DNA of 27,288 nucleotides, from positions 1-27,288 of IMG/VR virus record IMGVR_UViG_3300025598_000143, one strand, 5' to 3'. This document shows positions 8,624 to 17,117 of this stretch, one piece after another (the first letter of the stretch is position 1; the number at the start of each line of letters is the position of its first letter). Source of the stretch: a virus. Taxonomy: Duplodnaviria; Caudoviricetes. The translations under genes and the position numbers were made by a program. The notes beneath the pieces were generated by a model, which was not told the origin of the DNA, searched no databases, and saw only the letters and a program-made list of their open reading frames with translations.

Positions 8624-11074
8624 ATGCCAACGATTATCACCCGTGGAGCAGTATCGGCAAAGGCTTACGGCTTTGGTGTGTCTGGTGGTTACAGCGTAGG
8701 TAAGTCCTTGCGCTTCCGTTCGTCTGCAAGTGCGTATTTGAATAGGACTCTTGGCACTTCGACCAATGGGCAAAAATTCACATGGTCAGGGTGGGTAAAA
8801 CGCGGTAAACTTGGGTCAGTTCAAGGATTGCAACACGGCTATTCCGCAAGCAATAACCAAGGCGGAATATTATTTAATTCTTCTGATATTTTGCAATTTA
8901 GTGATTATCCAACATCATCAAATGCACTGCTTCAAACTACCGCCGTTTATCGTGATCCATCCGCTTGGTATCATATTGTAGTTGCGGCTGATACGACACA
9001 GGCAACGGCTGCAAACCGCGTATTAATGTATGTCAATGGCGTTCAAATTACGTCATTTTCTACCGCAACATACCCAACTCAAAATACTGTTCTTAATATT
9101 AATAAAACAGCCAATACTGGCTTAGTTGGTCAATATTACGACGGCACAAATAACTACTTTGACGGCTACCTCGCCGAAGTAAACTTCATTGACGGCCAAG
9201 CCCTTCCAGCATCCTCCTTTGGCACATATGACACCAACGGCGTATGGCAACCTGCTAAGTACAGCGGCACGTATGGCACTAACGGGTTCTATCTGCCATT
9301 TAGTAACACGACATCCACGACTACGCTTGTCGCTGACTCTTCAGGCAATGGCAACAACTGGACGCCTAACAACATCTCCCTGACGGCAGGTAGCACCTAC
9401 GACAGCATGACGGATAGCCCTACGGTTACGTCTGCGTCGGTGGCGAATTATGCTACATTGAATCCTTTGGGAATTACTGCAAGTTCAACAACTGGAACTG
9501 CAAACGGTAATTTGCAATATGCGTCTACTGGAAATAGTACAGGACAACAAACACGACTTGGTTCTATTGGTTTGACTTCTGGCAAATGGTATTATGAATG
9601 GATTCAATCTGCTGGAACATCTGATGCTATGGGGGGTTTTGCAAATAGTTCATTTAACTTGTACAGCGGCAATCCAGATGGTGATGCAAATTGTTGGGGA
9701 TTCCAATTTAACAATGGGATTCCAAACATTACGAAGAAAAATGGTGCAACTGCAACGCAAATTTTTGCGGCGGCGGCAAACAACGATGTGATGATGATTG
9801 CTGTTGATTTGAATGCGTTAAAAATTTGGATTGGCAAGAATGGCACATGGTCAGAAAGCGGAGTGCCTTCAACAGGAACAAATGCTCAATTTACAAACTT
9901 AACATCTGGCTCTACTTGGTACGCATTTGTTCGTGGTGGTGGTGGTACTGGAGCAACAACAACATTAAACGTGAATTTCGGCCAACAGCCATTCACCTAC
10001 ACCCCGCCAACGGGCTTCAATGCACTGAACACCTACAACCTGCCTACGCCTACCATTGCAAACGGGGCGCAGTATATGGCGGCTACGACCTATACGGGTT
10101 CAACTGCGGGTGGAACAGTCAACAATGGCACAAACAATACCATTGGCACCACATTCCAACCTGATTTTGTTTGGACAAAAGACAGAACTGCCGCTGAAGA
10201 CCACTCATTAAGTGATTCAGTAAGAGGCGGATCAAAGATTTTATATTCAAATCTGACCAATGCAGAAGGCTCTAACGCCCAAAACATAACGTCGTTTAAT
10301 TCAAACGGATTTACTTACGGCACCAATTATTCGTCTAACCAATCTTATGTTGGTTGGATGTGGAAAGGCGGCGGCGGGGGCGGCGTCTCCAACACCAATG
10401 GCAGCATCACGTCCACCGTGTCGGCTAACACGACCGCAGGGTTTTCTATCGTTAGTTACACCGGAACCGGTGCAAATGCCACCGTGGGGCATGGGCTTGG
10501 TGTTGCTCCAAGCATGGTAATTGTAAAAAATAGAAGCGCGTCGGCCACCAATTGGGCAACATGGCATACTGGTTTATCGGGAGCCAATTATGTTGTTTAT
10601 TTGAATTTAACTAATGCTCAAGCAACTAATTCTGGTCAATTTAATTCTACGTTACCTACATCTTCCGTATTTAGTGTTGGAACAAGTTCAGATACAAACG
10701 GATCTACCAATTCTATGGTCGCCTACTGTTGGGCCGCTGTAGCTGGCTACAGTGCATTTGGTAGCATAAGTGGAAACGGCTCAACTGACGGGCCTTTCTG
10801 TTATACCGGATTTAGACCGCGTTGGGTGATGTTTAAGAGAACTGATTCTACAGGTTCTTGGAATATTTGGGATACCAGCAGAGATACTTATAATGTCATG
10901 AATGACGTTCTTTCTCCCAATCAATCAGCCGCAGAAGCATCGCCATATCCAATTGATTTCCTATCAAACGGATTTAAACTTAGAACAACCAATGCAGATT
11001 TTAATGCTTCTGGCGGAACTTATGTGTACGCTTGTTTTGCGGAGAACCCCTTTAATTATAGTAGAGGGCGCTGA
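8624..11074 (+). CDS. Receptor-binding/tail tip protein with concanavalin A-like (LamG) and SPRY-like domains
   Basis: AAGGA RBS. LamG-like FTWSGWVKRG, RDPSAWYHIVVAADT and YFDGYLAEVNFIDG; SPRY-like SGKWYYEW and IAVDLNALKIWIGKNG; C-terminal FQPDFVWTK...GHGLG...YACFAENPF module. Confidence 0.8.
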   Translation: MPTIITRGAVSAKAYGFGVSGGYSVGKSLRFRSSASAYLNRTLGTSTNGQKFTWSGWVKRGKLGSVQGLQHGYSASNNQGGILFNSSDILQFSDYPTSSNALLQTTAVYRDPSAWYHIVVAADTTQATAANRVLMYVNGVQITSFSTATYPTQNTVLNINKTANTGLVGQYYDGTNNYFDGYLAEVNFIDGQALPASSFGTYDTNGVWQPAKYSGTYGTNGFYLPFSNTTSTTTLVADSSGNGNNWTPNNISLTAGSTYDSMTDSPTVTSASVANYATLNPLGITASSTTGTANGNLQYASTGNSTGQQTRLGSIGLTSGKWYYEWIQSAGTSDAMGGFANSSFNLYSGNPDGDANCWGFQFNNGIPNITKKNGATATQIFAAAANNDVMMIAVDLNALKIWIGKNGTWSESGVPSTGTNAQFTNLTSGSTWYAFVRGGGGTGATTTLNVNFGQQPFTYTPPTGFNALNTYNLPTPTIANGAQYMAATTYTGSTAGGTVNNGTNNTIGTTFQPDFVWTKDRTAAEDHSLSDSVRGGSKILYSNLTNAEGSNAQNITSFNSNGFTYGTNYSSNQSYVGWMWKGGGGGGVSNTNGSITSTVSANTTAGFSIVSYTGTGANATVGHGLGVAPSMVIVKNRSASATNWATWHTGLSGANYVVYLNLTNAQATNSGQFNSTLPTSSVFSVGTSSDTNGSTNSMVAYCWAAVAGYSAFGSISGNGSTDGPFCYTGFRPRWVMFKRTDSTGSWNIWDTSRDTYNVMNDVLSPNQSAAEASPYPIDFLSNGFKLRTTNADFNASGGTYVYACFAENPFNYSRGR

Positions 11075-11075
11075 C

Positions 11076-11684
11076 ATGGCTTCAGTAAAACCAATGATTG
11101 GAATAAAATTTAACCGCTTGACTGCCATCCAAGAAATTGGTTTGGGCAACAGGGGTAAAATTTACTTATTTCAATGCGATTGCGGCAACACAAAAGAAGC
11201 CAGTGGGTCAGAAGTCCGTACTGGGCATATTAAATCTTGCGGGTGCTTGCGATCAGAAATGATTGCTGCCAAAAATGAAACGCATGGTGCGGTTGGAACG
11301 CCAACCTATGAAACATGGCAAGGCATGAAAGCAAGATGCCTTAATCCAAAGACGGCAGCTTACAAAAATTATGGTGGTCGTGGCATTACAATTTGCCAAG
11401 AATGGCTAACTTTTGAAGGTTTTCTTGCTGACATGGGTGAACGTCCAGAAGGATGCACCTTAGAACGCATTGATAACAACAAAGGTTACATCAAAGATAA
11501 TTGCCGTTGGGCCACCGTTGCTGAACAATCCCGTAATACACGTCAAAACAAGTTTTTATCCAAAAATGGCAAAACCATGTGTATGATGGATTGGGCGAAA
11601 GAAACTGGGATACCTTATCCTACTATTCAGGATCGTGTCCGGCGGGGATGGTCTGACGAACGTGCTTTAGAAAGGGCATTTTAA
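11076..11684 (+). CDS. Free-standing HNH-type (His-Me finger) homing-endonuclease-like protein
   Basis: Likely start is ATG 11076 just after the upstream stop, not 10902. Motifs: CDCGN...KSCGC, WxxMKxRC, YGGRGI and TLERIDNNKGY..DNCRWAT...QSRN. Confidence 0.8.
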   Translation: MASVKPMIGIKFNRLTAIQEIGLGNRGKIYLFQCDCGNTKEASGSEVRTGHIKSCGCLRSEMIAAKNETHGAVGTPTYETWQGMKARCLNPKTAAYKNYGGRGITICQEWLTFEGFLADMGERPEGCTLERIDNNKGYIKDNCRWATVAEQSRNTRQNKFLSKNGKTMCMMDWAKETGIPYPTIQDRVRRGWSDERALERAF

Positions 11685-12142
11685 TGTTTCTTCATAACGG
11701 ACAACGCCTTAACATAGATCAGCCCTTTACCATAGAGGATACAAACTATCCTCCAAATTGGCTGCGGGAATCCACGCCTGAAATGCGTGAAGCACTGGGT
11801 ATTGTTGAAATTACGTGGGGTCCACGCCCAGACGACCGTTTCTACTGGGTTCAAGAAAACATGGACGGGACATATACAACGTCGCCAAAAGACCTGACGC
11901 AATTAAAGGCGACCTTTACCGCTCAAGTGGATCAAACGGCATATAGCCTGTTGTTCCCCACGGATTGGATGATTGTTCGTAAAGCAGAAACCAATGTGGC
12001 GGTTCCTGATGCCACCACGACTTACCGTGCTGCGGTTAGGGCTGATGCGCTTGCCAATCGGACGGCAATATCCAATGCTACAACTGTTGAAGAATTAATT
12101 ACGGTGGTTTCCTCATTTACTTGGCCTGTGGTGCAATTATGA
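11684..12142 (+). CDS. Putative tail fibre assembly chaperone-like protein
   Basis: TAATG coupling. YPPNWL...and LxxTDWMIVRKAE...YRAAVR motifs are typical of proteins that follow fibre/RBP genes. Confidence 0.65.
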   Translation: MFLHNGQRLNIDQPFTIEDTNYPPNWLRESTPEMREALGIVEITWGPRPDDRFYWVQENMDGTYTTSPKDLTQLKATFTAQVDQTAYSLLFPTDWMIVRKAETNVAVPDATTTYRAAVRADALANRTAISNATTVEELITVVSSFTWPVVQL

Positions 12143-12381
12143 CGTTAGACTGGCAGCAAATTGTTGATATTCTCATTACGGCGGGGTTTGCTTGTGTAGG
12201 GTATTTTTATGCCCAAATCATTGCGGATGCCAAAAAAGACCGTCAAATGTTGAATGATTTGCGGGTTGATTTGCCAACAAAATACGTCAGCAAAGATGAT
12301 TTAACTGCTCATTTAAATCGCATTGAAATGATGTTAAACAAAATTTGGGATCGTTTGGAGCAAAAGGTGGATAAACCATGA
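12139..12381 (+). CDS. Small membrane protein: N-terminal TM helix plus coiled coil (holin-like candidate)
   Basis: ATGA overlaps at both ends. Hydrophobic IVDILITAGFACVGYFYAQII followed by a charged heptad-like region (YVSKDD...RIE..L.KI.DRLEQK). Confidence 0.65.
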   Translation: MTLDWQQIVDILITAGFACVGYFYAQIIADAKKDRQMLNDLRVDLPTKYVSKDDLTAHLNRIEMMLNKIWDRLEQKVDKP

Positions 12382-13334
12382 GTATTACAACCAATCTTGC
12401 TTTAAACGAACCAGCGTATAACAGCACGTCCCCGACGTGGGATCAGCCGCTTAACTATAATGCCACCATCCTTGACCAGATGTTTGGCAACACGACAAGC
12501 GTATCTGTCAGCACCAGCGGAACGCCCACTTATACCTTAATTGCAGCACCCAGTGCTACAGCAGCCGGGTCCACATCTCAGGCTATGCGGATTAATTTAA
12601 CGGGTTCGTTGGCGGCCAACCAAACGGTTCTTTTCCCGCAAAATGTGGCTGGTATGTGGGTTGTTACCAATAGCACATCGGGTGCTTATACGGTAACGGT
12701 TGGGTCAAATAACGGCAGTAATGCAGCAGCGGGTACTACGGTTGCACCGCCACAAGGATTTAGCATTTTACTTTATTCAGATGGAACCAATATTAAGAAG
12801 GCGGATGATGGAATTATTAATTCTGTTACGGCTCTTACCCTTACAGGCAATCTGGTTGTTGGCGGCACGTCCACCTTTAATGGAACATCAGCCTTCAATG
12901 CCACCGCTACATTAAGTGGTTCGGCATCTACCTTGGCGGCCATTATACAAAATGCGGCTGAACCTGCAACTATTACCGCAACGTCTGCGACCGGAACAAT
13001 CAACTTTGACGTTCTTACGCAGTCTGTATTGTATTACACAACAAATGCCAGTGGCAATTTTACATTAAATTTCCGTGGTAACGGGTCAAATACATTTAAT
13101 TCCATATTGGCTACGGGTCAGGCGCTAACTTGTGTGTTTATCAATACCAATGGATCCACGCCTTATTATGCATCCGCATTTACCATAGATGGCACGTCTA
13201 TCACGCCTAAGTGGCAAAATTTGGTTGCTCCGGGGTCTGGCAACGCAAGTGCATTGGATATTTACACTTTTGCAATTATTAAAACGGCATCCAATACCTA
13301 TACCGTTTTGGCCGGATTGGTAGGGTATGCTTAA
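12378..13334 (+). CDS. Short tail fibre/tail structural protein with C-terminal domain paralogous to the long fibre
   Basis: N-terminal TTNLALNEP...WDQPLNYN anchor-like segment. The last 141 aa align without gaps to the last 141 aa of 4158..8612. Confidence 0.75.
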   Translation: MSITTNLALNEPAYNSTSPTWDQPLNYNATILDQMFGNTTSVSVSTSGTPTYTLIAAPSATAAGSTSQAMRINLTGSLAANQTVLFPQNVAGMWVVTNSTSGAYTVTVGSNNGSNAAAGTTVAPPQGFSILLYSDGTNIKKADDGIINSVTALTLTGNLVVGGTSTFNGTSAFNATATLSGSASTLAAIIQNAAEPATITATSATGTINFDVLTQSVLYYTTNASGNFTLNFRGNGSNTFNSILATGQALTCVFINTNGSTPYYASAFTIDGTSITPKWQNLVAPGSGNASALDIYTFAIIKTASNTYTVLAGLVGYA

Positions 13335-13642
13335 TGCAATATACGTGGGAGTTTCCTCAATTTGTCGTAAACCCATCCTCTGATGGCCTGACCAATGTGG
13401 TTACGGCCATTAATTGGGTTTGCACAGGTACGAATGGCTTGGTTACCTCATCAAGTTCTGGTACAGTACAATTAGGAACACCAAATCCTGCGGAATTTGT
13501 TCCATATGCGGACATTACACAGGAAATGGCGTTCCAATGGGTATCACAATCTATCAGTATAACGGGGGTTGAAGCAGCTATTGCCGCTCAAATTAACCAG
13601 ATATCTACACCACAAGTACAGCCTCAAAAACCACCATTTTAG
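13334..13642 (+). CDS. Small tail-associated protein (possible fibre chaperone)
   Basis: TAATG coupling; YTW...NVVTAINW...FVPYADIT.E....WV pattern recurs after fibre genes. Confidence 0.6.
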   Translation: MQYTWEFPQFVVNPSSDGLTNVVTAINWVCTGTNGLVTSSSSGTVQLGTPNPAEFVPYADITQEMAFQWVSQSISITGVEAAIAAQINQISTPQVQPQKPPF

Positions 13643-13651
13643 GAGAACATA

Positions 13652-13855
13652 ATGGAAAATCTTGAACTTGAACTAAAGTTGACCGTAGCCCACGTTAACA
13701 CCGTATTGAAGCATCTTGGTGCTGGCGTTTATGCGGAAGTAGCTGATTTGATCCAGCTTCTTCATGGTCAAGCAAAACCACAGATTGAATCTGCTGTTGT
13801 TCCCGCCCCAGCACCTGTTGAAGCTGCGCCAACGGAAGAGCAGCCCGCCCAATAA
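13652..13855 (+). CDS. Hypothetical protein (67 aa)
   Basis: AGGAG RBS at 13641-13645; fills the gap; helical with a Pro/Ala/Glu tail. Confidence 0.7.
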   Translation: MENLELELKLTVAHVNTVLKHLGAGVYAEVADLIQLLHGQAKPQIESAVVPAPAPVEAAPTEEQPAQ

Positions 13856-13864
13856 GGATGACTT

Positions 13865-14587
13865 ATGACAACTGGCCTTACATATTCGTCATATGTTCAA
13901 CAGATCGCCACCTTGGCGGTTGTCCCTACAACTGACACTAATTTCCAGATCATTTTGCCCCAAGCAATTTCTTACGCGGAACTGCGGATGCAACGTGATC
14001 TGGATTTTTTGTCCGCTCAAGTTTATGATAACACTTCGTTTTCTACGACTCAAAACGTAAATATCCTAACGATACCAACTGCGGCGTTTATTACGCTTCA
14101 GACGATTCAAGTTAACAATAACGGGGTTTTGACTCCCTTGGCCCCCGTGGCTAAGGAGTACATTCAAAACGTATTCAACAGCACGGCAAGTGCAGGAGTT
14201 CCAAGTGTCTTCGCTGTTTATGGAGGCGATTCGGCCACGACTGGAAATACAAGCCAGTATATTCTCCTTGGGCCGTATCCTAACTCATCTTATCCACTGA
14301 CGTTGACGGGGACGATTCATGCGTCGTCCCTGTCGGCGACCAATACGACTACGTTTATTTCCACTTATCTACCGGACCTATTTATAGCCGCCAGCATGGT
14401 TTACGTGGGCGGGTTTCAGCGTAACTTCTCCACGACTGGCGCTGATCCGCAGATGCCTATCAATTGGGAACAGCAGTACCAAACGCTTCTTAAAGGTGCG
14501 ATGGTAGAGGAGTATCGAAAAAAATTTCAATCTTCCGCATGGGGTTCGCAATCTCCTTCGCCTATTGCTACACCGCCAAGGGGGTAA
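13865..14587 (+). CDS. Putative head-tail connector/tail tubular A-like protein
   Basis: AAGGA RBS. Motifs ISYAELRMQRDLDF, LLGPYP and STYLPDLFIAASM; located directly upstream of the nozzle-like gene. Confidence 0.6.
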   Translation: MTTGLTYSSYVQQIATLAVVPTTDTNFQIILPQAISYAELRMQRDLDFLSAQVYDNTSFSTTQNVNILTIPTAAFITLQTIQVNNNGVLTPLAPVAKEYIQNVFNSTASAGVPSVFAVYGGDSATTGNTSQYILLGPYPNSSYPLTLTGTIHASSLSATNTTTFISTYLPDLFIAASMVYVGGFQRNFSTTGADPQMPINWEQQYQTLLKGAMVEEYRKKFQSSAWGSQSPSPIATPPRG

Positions 14588-14590
14588 GCG

Positions 14591-16696
14591 ATGGCCCACG
14601 CAACACTTAAATTAATTCCGGGTGTTGATGTAATTAAGACGCCGACCCTCAATGAGGCGGCTCTTTCTTCCACAAATCTTGTCCGGTTCATGCCGGACCG
14701 CAATAACCTTGGCCTTGTTCAGAAGCTGGGCGGATGGGTCACATATTTTAACACCGCCTATTCTTCTACGATTCGGGCGTTAAAAGGCTGGGCGGACCTT
14801 AACGCGGTCAACCATTTGGCCGTAGGGGCGCAATCATCCCTTAACGTTTTGACTGGGAATAATAACGTTAATATCACCCCGCAGACATCTGTAACCAATA
14901 CCGCCCCTAATTTTTCCACGGTTTCGGGATCGACAACCGTTACGGTCATTGATTCCAACATAACTGCTTCGGTTCTGGATTACGTAAATTACGTTACTCC
15001 GGTGGCGGTAGGTGGCATAGTCCTTACGGGGTCTTATCTGCTTCAAACCGCATCTGGTACTCAATATACAATTACCGCAGCATCCCCCGCCACATCCACG
15101 GTAACCAATGGGGGCGCATCCTATACCTTTTCAACGATCAGTGGCTCTTCCATTGTAACCGCAGTGTTAAATAACCACGGGTACTCCGTAGGGTCGCAAT
15201 TTTATGTTGGTGTTTCTACCACCGTTGGTGGGTTAACTTTGTTTGGTTTGTATATTGTTGCTTCCGTAACAAATGCGAACACATTTACTTTTTCCGCCGC
15301 GAACAGCGCCACATCAACTGCTGGCCCGACATCTATTAATAGCGGTAACATAAATTCCAATTTTTATATCGCAATTGGCCCGCAACCTACGGGAACAGGT
15401 TTTGGTGTTGGTGGATTTGGTACAGGCGGGTTCGGTCTTGGAACTACACAACCATCCGTACCCGGTACGGCTATTACAGCAACAGACTGGTCTTTGGACA
15501 ACTTTGGCGAAAATTTAATTGCCAATCCTACGGGCGGCGCTATTTATTTTTGGTCCCCTTCTGGGGCGTTGCAAAACGCTCAGATCGTTGGTGGACAAGC
15601 ACCATTGGTTAATGACGGATGCTTTGTGGCGATGCCACAGCGGCAGGTTGTTGCTTGGGGGTCTTCGTTTACCTTGCAACCTGATCCATTATTGATCCGC
15701 TGGTCTGATGTGGGCGATAGTTCTGTGTGGATAGGAACAGCCACTAATCAGGCGGGTTCTTACCGTATTCCGCAGGGTTCCAAGATTGTTACGTGCTTGC
15801 AGGGTCCGCAACAGGGTTTAATTTGGACTGACTTAGACCTTTGGTCCATGCAGTATATCGGTGCGCCATTGGTGTACGGATTCAACAAAATCGGCTCCAA
15901 CTGTGGTGCAATCAGCCGTAAATGCGTCGGTCAATTGGGTAACGTCATCTATTGGATGTCCCAGAAACAGTTCTTTGTTAATGCTGGTGACGGCCCTAAG
16001 CCGCTGCCTTGCCCTGTCTGGGACGTTATTTTCCAAAATTTAAAATCAGGAAATGATGGCAATGGCATCCCTTATACACAGCATATCCGTTGCGCCCCTA
16101 ATTCACAGTTTAACGAAATCATGTGGTTCTACCCTTCCGCAAACGGAAACGGAGAAAATGATTCCTATGTTAAATACAATACGGTTCTCAACCAATGGGA
16201 CTTTGGCTCTTTGGGTCGTTCTGCTTGGATTGATCAATCTGTCCTTGGGCCTCCCATTGGTGCTGGCACTGATAACTACTTATATCAGCACGAAATAGGT
16301 AATGACGCGGCGGTTGGTAACACCACGACCGCTATGGCATCCTCCATGCAAACGGGCTTCTTCAGCATTGCTGAAGGCGACCAGATCATGTTTGTGGACC
16401 AGATTTGGCCTGACATGAAATGGGGTACGTATTCTGGCAACCAAAACGCTACCGTGTACGTAACTTTGTACTGGACCAACTATCCGGGCGATGCGACGGT
16501 TACGACTGGATCGTATTCAGGGTTCCCAAGCAATTCCGTGTTTTCCGCCACATTTCCAATGACACAGGCAACGGAATATATTTCTTGCCGTATCAGGGCG
16601 CGTTTGATTGCGGTTAATATTTCATCACAAGACGTAGGCACATTCTGGCGGCTTGGCGGCATACGCTACCGCGCAAGTGCGGATGGGAAATACTAA
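14591..16696 (+). CDS. Putative tail nozzle/tail tubular B-like (beta-propeller) protein
   Basis: 701 aa with KLGGW, WSLDNFGE.LIA, IRWSD...W...TNQAG and FWRLG..R.....DG motifs. Size and position fit podovirus nozzle proteins. Confidence 0.7.
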   Translation: MAHATLKLIPGVDVIKTPTLNEAALSSTNLVRFMPDRNNLGLVQKLGGWVTYFNTAYSSTIRALKGWADLNAVNHLAVGAQSSLNVLTGNNNVNITPQTSVTNTAPNFSTVSGSTTVTVIDSNITASVLDYVNYVTPVAVGGIVLTGSYLLQTASGTQYTITAASPATSTVTNGGASYTFSTISGSSIVTAVLNNHGYSVGSQFYVGVSTTVGGLTLFGLYIVASVTNANTFTFSAANSATSTAGPTSINSGNINSNFYIAIGPQPTGTGFGVGGFGTGGFGLGTTQPSVPGTAITATDWSLDNFGENLIANPTGGAIYFWSPSGALQNAQIVGGQAPLVNDGCFVAMPQRQVVAWGSSFTLQPDPLLIRWSDVGDSSVWIGTATNQAGSYRIPQGSKIVTCLQGPQQGLIWTDLDLWSMQYIGAPLVYGFNKIGSNCGAISRKCVGQLGNVIYWMSQKQFFVNAGDGPKPLPCPVWDVIFQNLKSGNDGNGIPYTQHIRCAPNSQFNEIMWFYPSANGNGENDSYVKYNTVLNQWDFGSLGRSAWIDQSVLGPPIGAGTDNYLYQHEIGNDAAVGNTTTAMASSMQTGFFSIAEGDQIMFVDQIWPDMKWGTYSGNQNATVYVTLYWTNYPGDATVTTGSYSGFPSNSVFSATFPMTQATEYISCRIRARLIAVNISSQDVGTFWRLGGIRYRASADGKY

Positions 16697-17061
16697 TGGC
16701 ATCCTTAGACGATATTTTGTCAGCACAGAAAAATGGTGTTGTAGCCCTTAACTCCATAGCAAACTACGACGGTTTGCGGACGGGATACTACGGTTCCAAA
16801 AACACCAAAGAAATAGCAGCCGCTACCACTCAGGTGATAAAATCTTCATCCGGCTGGTTGGCGACAATTTCCGTCATAGCCGCAGGTTCTACGACTGGTT
16901 ACATTTACGATACCAATAATTCCGGTTCACTGACGGGTAACAGGATTTACGCTATCCCGTCTTCTTTGGGGATTGGTATATACCAAATACAGATACCGTT
17001 TGCGACGGGGCTTACAATTGTGACGGGAACGGGGTCAATTGTTTCCTTGACATATACCTAA
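16696..17061 (+). CDS. Small structural protein (121 aa)
   Basis: TAATG coupling; beta-rich C-terminus (IPFATGLTIVTGTG). Confidence 0.65.
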   Translation: MASLDDILSAQKNGVVALNSIANYDGLRTGYYGSKNTKEIAAATTQVIKSSSGWLATISVIAAGSTTGYIYDTNNSGSLTGNRIYAIPSSLGIGIYQIQIPFATGLTIVTGTGSIVSLTYT

Positions 17062-17089
17062 CAGGACTATCGAAATTTTAAATTTTAGT

Positions 17090-17112
17090 GTAATTCTATG
17101 GAATTACGGAGG
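17090..17112 (+). promoter_or_regulatory. Inverted repeat GTAATTC-TATG-GAATTAC abutting the GGAGG RBS
   Basis: Perfect 7-bp arms at 17090-17096 and 17101-17107; GGAGG at 17108-17112; lies in the largest, AT-rich intergenic gap. Confidence 0.4.
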
Positions 17113-17117
17113 CTACG

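Noticed and set aside
10902-11075. N-terminal extension of the endonuclease ORF
   Set aside because: It overlaps the conserved end of the upstream gene; ATG 11076 fits better.
4158-13334. Diversity-generating retroelement acting on fibre C-termini
   Set aside because: No reverse transcriptase in the window. The duplicated domains are both coding and differ broadly rather than only at adenines.
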